Of a stretch of 64,000 nt of DNA, positions 58,407 to 64,000 are shown piece after piece (the stretch's first letter is position 1; the number at the start of each line of letters is the position of its first letter). The position numbers and the translations under genes are program-made. This DNA is from an uncultured Gammaproteobacteria bacterium (GTDB taxonomy: Bacteria > Patescibacteriota > Microgenomatia > Levybacterales > UBA12049): NCBI GenBank assembly GCA_964503265.1, contig CAZCYO010000003.1, forward strand, positions 91,575-155,574, in the 5' to 3' direction. A model generated the notes under the pieces. It was given only the letters and a program-made list of their open reading frames with translations. It had not been told where the DNA came from and made no database searches.

Positions 58407-59099
58407 ATGCAAAAAGGATGTATTATTGCAATTGATGGTCCAGTTGCATCAGGAAAAGGGACAATTGCTCCGTTACTCGCTCACTCACTCCATGGTTTTT
58501 ATCTTGATACGGGAGTGTTTTATCGATGTCTTGCGTTTTACTGTCTATCACATGGTGTTTCTTTAGGAAACAAAATCGATGTTATTGGGGCACTTAACAA
58601 CATTGAGGTTTCATTTAATGAAGGATTAGTGTTATTAAATGGAGAAGATGTTAGTTCTGTGATTAGAACTATAGAGGTTTCATCGGGTTCTTCTAAAGTT
58701 GCTGCCATTGATGCTGTTCAAGAAAAAATAGTACAGAGGTTACATACTGTTGCCCAAAATAAAGCAGATGAAGGTACGATTGTTGTTGTTGAAGGAAGAA
58801 ATGCTGCAACTGCAATCGTCCCAAGCGCAGATATGAAGATATACCTTACTGCATCACTTGAGGTGCGAGCTAGTCGACGATTTGAACAATGGAAAACGAA
58901 GGGAATTACTGATGTTACATTTGATCAAGTAAAAGAAGACGTTCGCCAACGAGATGAACGAGATATGAATCGTGCTACGTTTCCATTGATATCAAATCCT
59001 GAAGAATATGGATATACGATTCTCGATAATTCTGAAATGGGTGAAGCAGAGACATTAGATGCTATAATACAACAACTAAAAAAGGAAAACCTTTTATGA
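58407..59099 (+). CDS. cmk: cytidylate kinase
   Basis: IAIDGPVASGKGT P-loop, YLDTG and RQRDERD. Confidence 0.8.
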   Translation: MQKGCIIAIDGPVASGKGTIAPLLAHSLHGFYLDTGVFYRCLAFYCLSHGVSLGNKIDVIGALNNIEVSFNEGLVLLNGEDVSSVIRTIEVSSGSSKVAAIDAVQEKIVQRLHTVAQNKADEGTIVVVEGRNAATAIVPSADMKIYLTASLEVRASRRFEQWKTKGITDVTFDQVKEDVRQRDERDMNRATFPLISNPEEYGYTILDNSEMGEAETLDAIIQQLKKENLL

Positions 59100-59860
59100 T
59101 ACATATAAAAAACGCAAAAGAAATTGAAATAATGAAGCGGTCTGGGCATATTTTAGCTGAAGTATTGATGGCTGTTTGTGAGGCAGCAAAAAAACCAGGC
59201 ATGACTGAGCTTGAGATTGATGCCATGGCTGAGCGAATGATTAGAGAACGAGGTGGAGAACCTGGTTTTATGTTGGTTCCCGGATACAAGAATACTATTT
59301 GTGCAGCAACAAATGATGTCGTTGTTCATGGTATTCCCACAAGTCGCGTTCTTACAGAAGGAGATATTATTGGTATTGATTGTGGAGTATATTTAGAAGG
59401 GTTTCATACTGATATGGCAGAAACAATTATTGTCGGAAACCCTTCATCTGTATCGCCTGATGTAAGAAAGTTTCTCGATACAGGTAAACGAGCATTAGAT
59501 GAGGCTATTAAAGTAGCTCTTCCAGGAAATCATATTTGGCACATCTCAAAAACTATTCAAGATATTGTGGAAAAAGATGGTGGATACAGTATTGTTCGTA
59601 GTCTTATCGGGCATGGGGTAGGCCGTGAGCTTCATGAAGACCCAGAAGTGCCAGGATATGTTTATACACCACTACATAAGACACCAGAGCTTAAAGAAGG
59701 CATGACGATAGCAATTGAAATTATTTATAACATGGGGCGACGAGAAGTGGAATATGGTGATGATGATTGGACGATTAAAACAGCTGATGGGGCTCTTTCT
59801 GGGGTCTTTGAACGATCTATCGTTATTACGAAAGACGGGTATGAAATTCTCACAAAGTAA
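59096..59860 (+). CDS. map: methionine aminopeptidase type I
   Basis: Pita-bread fold with metal ligands (DIIGIDCG, HGVGRELHE, EIIYNMG). Confidence 0.9.
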   Translation: MIHIKNAKEIEIMKRSGHILAEVLMAVCEAAKKPGMTELEIDAMAERMIRERGGEPGFMLVPGYKNTICAATNDVVVHGIPTSRVLTEGDIIGIDCGVYLEGFHTDMAETIIVGNPSSVSPDVRKFLDTGKRALDEAIKVALPGNHIWHISKTIQDIVEKDGGYSIVRSLIGHGVGRELHEDPEVPGYVYTPLHKTPELKEGMTIAIEIIYNMGRREVEYGDDDWTIKTADGALSGVFERSIVITKDGYEILTK

Positions 59861-59951
59861 TATTTGCTCTTTTGATAGAGGTTTGTTATAATAACCAAGA
59901 TTAAATGCCTCATGCCCGACAGATTGGTAGGGTATGCGGTCATTTTTACGT

Positions 59952-60170
59952 ATGGCGCACCAAGGATCATTTGAGAAAGACGGAGTTGTTAAAGAATCAC
60001 TGCCTAATACACTGTTTCGAGTAGAGTTAGAAGATGGTTCACTTGTATTGTGTCATATGGCTGGTAAGATGCGAATGAACTTCATTAAGATTTTACCAGG
60101 TGACAGAGTGAGAATTGAGATGACGCCTTATGATTTGGCCAAAGGGAGAGTAATCTTCCGTTATCGATAG
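59952..60170 (+). CDS. infA: translation initiation factor IF-1
   Basis: [31 protein letters not shown] (S1-like OB fold). Start at MAHQG. Confidence 0.9.
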   Translation: MAHQGSFEKDGVVKESLPNTLFRVELEDGSLVLCHMAGKMRMNFIKILPGDRVRIEMTPYDLAKGRVIFRYR

Positions 60171-60178
60171 GAGAAGCT

Positions 60179-60292
60179 ATGAAAGTACAAGCAAGTGTAA
60201 AAAAACGATGTTTAAAATGTAAAATAGTTCGACGAAAAGGGACAGTTTTTGTAGTGTGTGAAACACCAAAACATAAACAACGACAAGGATAA
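60179..60292 (+). CDS. rpmJ: 50S ribosomal protein L36
   Basis: 37-aa [40 protein letters not shown]. It is below the ORF-track cutoff and has a Zn-ribbon C..C..C..H. Confidence 0.9.
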   Translation: MKVQASVKKRCLKCKIVRRKGTVFVVCETPKHKQRQG

Positions 60293-60295
60293 ATT

Positions 60296-60700
60296 ATGCG
60301 AGTTGCAGGAAATACCATACCAGACGAAAAACGAATTGAAATTGCTTTAACGTATCTTTATGGTATTGGAAGAAGTAATGTGGATGAAGTTCTGACAAAA
60401 GCTGAAATCGATGGAAGTATTCGAACGAAAAATCTTTCAGAAGATGAAGTAAAAAGAATTACAAAAGCGCTTGAAACATATAAAGTCGAAGGAGATCTTC
60501 GAGCAGAAGTTAACGGAAACATTAAAAGACTTCGAGAGATTGGGTCATATCGTGGATCACGACATACTCATGGTCTTCCAGGTCGAGGACAAAGAACTCG
60601 TTCAAATGCTCGTACAAAAAGAGGTAAGAGAATGACAATTGGAGCTATTAAGAAAGAAGTTGCAATGAAGATGGAAGCATCTGCAAAAGCAAAGAAATAA
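60296..60700 (+). CDS. rpsM: 30S ribosomal protein S13
   Basis: MRVAGNTIPDEKRIEIALTYLYGIG. Confidence 0.9.
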   Translation: MRVAGNTIPDEKRIEIALTYLYGIGRSNVDEVLTKAEIDGSIRTKNLSEDEVKRITKALETYKVEGDLRAEVNGNIKRLREIGSYRGSRHTHGLPGRGQRTRSNARTKRGKRMTIGAIKKEVAMKMEASAKAKK

Positions 60701-60703
60701 TCT

Positions 60704-61108
60704 ATGGCAGCTAAAAAACAACAAACCAAGTCAGTCACAAAGAAAAAAAATCAGGTAGCAGTATCTGAAAAAGGTCGAGTGTATATTACGGCTACATTTA
60801 ATAATACGCTTGTTTCTATCACAACAGAAACGGGAAATGTGGTTTCTTGGAGTTCAAGTGGATCACGTGGATTTAAAGGCGCACGAAAATCTACTCCATA
60901 CGCAGCATCACTTGCTGTAGAACATGCAGCTGCAAAAGCACTTGAGCGAGGGATGAAAATGGTTGATGTTTTTGTAAAAGGACCAGGGAGTGGACGAGAG
61001 TCATCACTTCGAGGAATTAAAGCTGCTGGACTTTCGATTTCAAGTATTTCTGATATTACACCATTACCACACAATGGACCAAAAGCAAAGAATAGGAGAC
61101 GAATTTAA
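60704..61108 (+). CDS. rpsK: 30S ribosomal protein S11
   Basis: [29 protein letters not shown]. Confidence 0.9.
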   Translation: MAAKKQQTKSVTKKKNQVAVSEKGRVYITATFNNTLVSITTETGNVVSWSSSGSRGFKGARKSTPYAASLAVEHAAAKALERGMKMVDVFVKGPGSGRESSLRGIKAAGLSISSISDITPLPHNGPKAKNRRRI

Positions 61109-61111
61109 ACT

Positions 61112-61711
61112 ATGGCACGATATACAGGACCAAAACATAAATTAGCACGACGAGAAGGTGTAAACGTACTTGATAAAGATTCGGCAAGTTTACAGCGACG
61201 TCTTAGTGTGCCACCAGGTGTACATGGCAAGAAAAGTAAAAGAAGACTTTCTGAGTATGGTCTTCAACTTCGTGAAAAACAAAAAGCAAAAGCTACTTAT
61301 GGACTTCTTGAAAAACAATTTCGACGAATGGTTGATACAGTAAGTAGTCAAAAAGGTGATACGGGAGAGATGTTACTTGCATTACTCGAGACAAGACTTG
61401 ATAATATGGTATATAGACTCCATTTAGCAAAAACTCGCTTTATGGCGCGTCAAGTAGTTTCACATGGTCATGTGGAGGTAAATGGAAAGAAATTAAACAT
61501 ACCTTCATATCAAGTAAAAGTTAATGATGTCATCTCACTTTCTACGACAATGCAAAAAAATGTTGATATTATGAAAACGTCTGAAGAGAAAGAAACAGTA
61601 ACATATGTAGAGAAAAAAGCGTTCCAAGGTAAGCTTTTACGCATGCCAACACGCTCAGATATCGAAGTTCCATTCAATACACAACAAATCATTGAATATT
61701 ATTCAAGATAG
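61112..61711 (+). CDS. rpsD: 30S ribosomal protein S4
   Basis: MARYTGPKHKLARREG and a C-terminal S4 RNA-binding domain. Confidence 0.9.
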   Translation: MARYTGPKHKLARREGVNVLDKDSASLQRRLSVPPGVHGKKSKRRLSEYGLQLREKQKAKATYGLLEKQFRRMVDTVSSQKGDTGEMLLALLETRLDNMVYRLHLAKTRFMARQVVSHGHVEVNGKKLNIPSYQVKVNDVISLSTTMQKNVDIMKTSEEKETVTYVEKKAFQGKLLRMPTRSDIEVPFNTQQIIEYYSR

Positions 61712-61727
61712 TGATATAATACCACTT

Positions 61728-62654
61728 ATGGTAAATTTAGAATTTAATGTTAAAGAAATAACGCTTACATCCGACTTCGGAGAGTTCGCTATTGAGCCAC
61801 TCGAACCGGGGTATGGATATACTGTAGGAAATGCACTTAGACGTGTGTTGTATACCTCTATTCCTGGATGTGCAATTACATCTATTAAAATTTCAGGTGT
61901 TAAACATCGTTTCTCTACAGTTCCGGGTCTTAAAGAAAATGTTATTGATTTTCTCTTAAATCTTAAAGAACTTCATATTAGTCTTCCAGAAGGAAAAGAT
62001 AGTGCAACAGTTCGCTTAACCGCAAAAGGTCCTAAAGATGTAACTGGTGCAGATGTTGAAGCAACTGATGGTGTTGAAGTAGCAAATCCAGATCACTACC
62101 TCGGTTCTCTTTCAGGAGATAAATCTAAACTTGAAATGGAATTAACGGTTGAGAGAGGTACTGGTTATTCTCTTTCAGAAGATAGAAAAGAAAATTCTCT
62201 TGGGGTTATTGCAACAGATGCAATCTTTACTCCAGTCCGAAGAGTTACATATAGTGTCGAAGCAACTCGCGTTGGTCGACAAACAAATCTTGATAAACTA
62301 GTACTTAAAATTTGGACTAATGGAACTATTGCTCCACGAGCAGCTCTTGATCATGCAGCACGTCTTCTCGCTTCACATTTCTTACAGATTTATGAACCAA
62401 ATGCGACTCTTCCTGAAGAAGGTGCAACAATTTCAACTAGTTCAATTCCAGATGCAACGCTAAAATTAACTATTGATGAATTAGATCTTCCAACACGAAT
62501 CTATAATAGTCTGAGAAATGGTGGGATCGAAACAGTTGAGCAATTAATTAATACTCCTCGTCGAGAACTCGTTTCTATGCGAAATATGGGTGGAAAATCA
62601 ATTGAAGTAATTGACTCGAAACTACAGGAAAAAGGTATTACAATTTCTGTCTAA
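61728..62654 (+). CDS. rpoA: DNA-directed RNA polymerase subunit alpha
   Basis: FAIEPLEPGYGYTVGNALRRVL (N-terminal domain) and a C-terminal domain with the helix-hairpin-helix DELDLPTRIYNSL. Start at MVNLEFN, and the ORF-track start is 61692. Confidence 0.9.
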   Translation: MVNLEFNVKEITLTSDFGEFAIEPLEPGYGYTVGNALRRVLYTSIPGCAITSIKISGVKHRFSTVPGLKENVIDFLLNLKELHISLPEGKDSATVRLTAKGPKDVTGADVEATDGVEVANPDHYLGSLSGDKSKLEMELTVERGTGYSLSEDRKENSLGVIATDAIFTPVRRVTYSVEATRVGRQTNLDKLVLKIWTNGTIAPRAALDHAARLLASHFLQIYEPNATLPEEGATISTSSIPDATLKLTIDELDLPTRIYNSLRNGGIETVEQLINTPRRELVSMRNMGGKSIEVIDSKLQEKGITISV

Positions 62655-62662
62655 GAAGTAGG

Positions 62663-62763
62663 ATCTCAAATCGTAGATGCCACGTGTCAAAACCGCCTGC
62701 CGGCAGGTAGGTATGCATAAAACATATGTTTGGTTTGAGCTGGATACGAGTTGAGATTTTTTT
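62663..62763 (+). other. structured RNA element / complex intrinsic terminator between rpoA and rplQ
   Basis: Outer 12/13-bp stem atctcaaatcgta (62663-62675) paired with tacgagttgagat (62745-62757), followed by T7. It encloses two perfect 12-nt palindromes, CCTGCCGGCAGG (62696-62707) and AAACATATGTTT (62720-62731). Confidence 0.4.
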
Positions 62764-62774
62764 ATATAAAATTT

Positions 62775-63299
62775 ATGAGAAAAAACGTCTTTGGAAGACA
62801 ATTCAAAAGAGATTTAAATGAAAGAAAAGCACTTTTTAAAGGGCTTATTTCGTCTTTAGTTATTCATGAAGAAATTAGAACTACTGAACAGAAAGCAAAA
62901 TCAGTTAGAGGCCTTGCTGAAAAACTCGTTACCAAATCCCGCAAAGAAAAACTTCAAGCACATGCATTATTACAACCATACTTAACTCCTGAAGCTCTTA
63001 AGAAAATGCTTAGTGATATCGGACCACGGTTTGCTAATCGTCCTGGAGGATATACTCGAATTACTAAGTTGCCAAATCGTTTTTCTGATAATGCAGATAT
63101 GGTAACTCTTGCATGGGTTGAGAAAAAATCTGCACCAATTGCTGCTGATAAAAAAGTAACACTCTCTAACAAAGAAGTGCCAATGATTTCAGCAGGTGAA
63201 GAAATGGAGCCTATGCATGCCGAAACAAAAGTAAAGAAGGAAACAGTAAAAAAGATAACTAAAAAAGCTGTTACAAAGAAAAAAGAGGAGAAAAAATAA
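62775..63299 (+). CDS. rplQ: 50S ribosomal protein L17 with Lys-rich C-terminal extension
   Basis: MRKNVFGRQFKRDLNERKALFKGL...HEEIRTTEQKAK. The C-terminal ~50 aa are K/E-rich. Confidence 0.9.
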   Translation: MRKNVFGRQFKRDLNERKALFKGLISSLVIHEEIRTTEQKAKSVRGLAEKLVTKSRKEKLQAHALLQPYLTPEALKKMLSDIGPRFANRPGGYTRITKLPNRFSDNADMVTLAWVEKKSAPIAADKKVTLSNKEVPMISAGEEMEPMHAETKVKKETVKKITKKAVTKKKEEKK

Positions 63300-63743
63300 A
63301 TGATTCAACAACTTACTACACCAACAAAACAAAATGATATTAAAAGAACATGGCATTTAATTGATGCTGAGGGTGAGACTCTTGGACGTCTTGCTACTAA
63401 GGTTGCGGAAATTCTTATGGGAAAATCAAAACCATATTTTGTTCGAAATCTTGATTGTGGTGATTATGTAGTGATAACAAATGCAAAGGTTATTACGGTA
63501 ACTGGTAAAAAAGAAGAACAAAAAGTGTATAACAGACATTCAGGTTATCCAGGTGGATTTAGATCCGAAACATTAAAAGAATTACGTAGTCGACGTCCCG
63601 AGGAAGTTATTCGTCGAAGTGTAAAAGGGATGCTCCCTGATAATAAACTTGCTGATCGAATGATAACTCGATTATATGTTTTTTCAGGAACAGAACATCG
63701 ATTTAGTGATAAATTTGCTTTAAAGGAAGAAACGAAGGTATAG
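63300..63743 (+). CDS. rplM: 50S ribosomal protein L13
   Basis: WHLIDAEGETLGRLATKVAEILMGK. Confidence 0.9.
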   Translation: MIQQLTTPTKQNDIKRTWHLIDAEGETLGRLATKVAEILMGKSKPYFVRNLDCGDYVVITNAKVITVTGKKEEQKVYNRHSGYPGGFRSETLKELRSRRPEEVIRRSVKGMLPDNKLADRMITRLYVFSGTEHRFSDKFALKEETKV

Positions 63744-63744
63744 T

Positions 63745-64000
63745 ATGGCAGACATAAAACAACCAGTAACAAAACAAAAAAAAGACTATCTTTTTGCAGT
63801 AGGTAGACGTAAGGCTGCAGTAGCTCGTGTTCGACTATATGAGGTTATCCGTGATGGTTTAGTTTGGGAAACGAATCCTGTTGTTAAAGGAGAGATGTTA
63901 GTAAATGGGAAACCTGTTTCAGCATACTTTGCAAGTGAAACAATGCGTTATGAATATTCTGAACCACTTCGTATTGTGAATGCACAGAATAAATATGCGA
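63745..64000 (+). CDS. rpsI: 30S ribosomal protein S9 (3' end beyond window)
   Basis: MADIKQPVTKQKKDYLFAVGRRKAAVARVRLYEV.... Truncated by the window end. Confidence 0.85.
   Translation, partial: MADIKQPVTKQKKDYLFAVGRRKAAVARVRLYEVIRDGLVWETNPVVKGEMLVNGKPVSAYFASETMRYEYSEPLRIVNAQNKYA

Noticed and set aside
1-64000. Alternative genetic code (UGA=Gly, as in some CPR lineages)
   Set aside because: EF-G (700 aa), EF-Tu (392 aa), SecY, ClpB and all r-proteins are full length with standard stops, and no conserved domain is interrupted by in-frame TGA.

Overview
This window is about 64 kb of AT-rich (roughly one-third GC by eye), gene-dense bacterial chromosome read in the standard genetic code. EF-G, EF-Tu and SecY are full length without UGA or UAG recoding. 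The gene content points to a Candidate Phyla Radiation (Patescibacteria)-like organism with a reduced genome, although no taxonomic search was run. Supporting observations are a ribosomal superoperon with no L30, several ribosomal proteins carrying low-complexity tails, many small overlapping genes, and a striking expansion of GT39/GT-C membrane glycosyltransferases. The left ~42 kb is an envelope and accessory region. It contains RecQ, an SPFH protein, two Nudix hydrolases, a SET-domain methyltransferase, several secreted proteins with Pro/Thr-rich stalks (an Rpf-like transglycosylase domain, a lamin-tail-domain protein, an LPATG sortase substrate and a CAP-domain protein), a PAP2 phosphatase and a BdbC/BdbD (DsbB/DsbA) pair. 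It also contains a pyrF-pyrC-pyrE/pyrD cluster in which pyrE is broken by an A8 homopolymer frameshift, TruB, an N-domain-less ClpB, a zinc-ribbon-RNase HI fusion, and a nickel superoxide dismutase with its maturation peptidase (sodN-sodX). Further right in this part are FemAB, UvrD/PcrA, TpiA and an LCP protein. The most notable feature is a ~12 kb minus-strand operon of translationally coupled genes (30812-42538). It runs PilN-like, PilO-like, small PT-rich membrane protein, LPATG surface protein, FAD oxidoreductase, three GT39/GT-C glycosyltransferases, a HAD-like protein and a 738-aa polytopic membrane protein. The right ~22 kb is the str/S10/spc/alpha ribosomal superoperon running fusA, a GH18 gene, tuf, rpsJ through rplO, secY, adk, cmk, map, infA, rpmJ, rpsM, rpsK, rpsD, rpoA, rplQ, rplM and rpsI. 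I found no CRISPR array, rRNA gene, convincing tRNA gene or obvious mobile element. Every family assignment rests on motif recognition by eye from the translated ORFs, and no database search was run.
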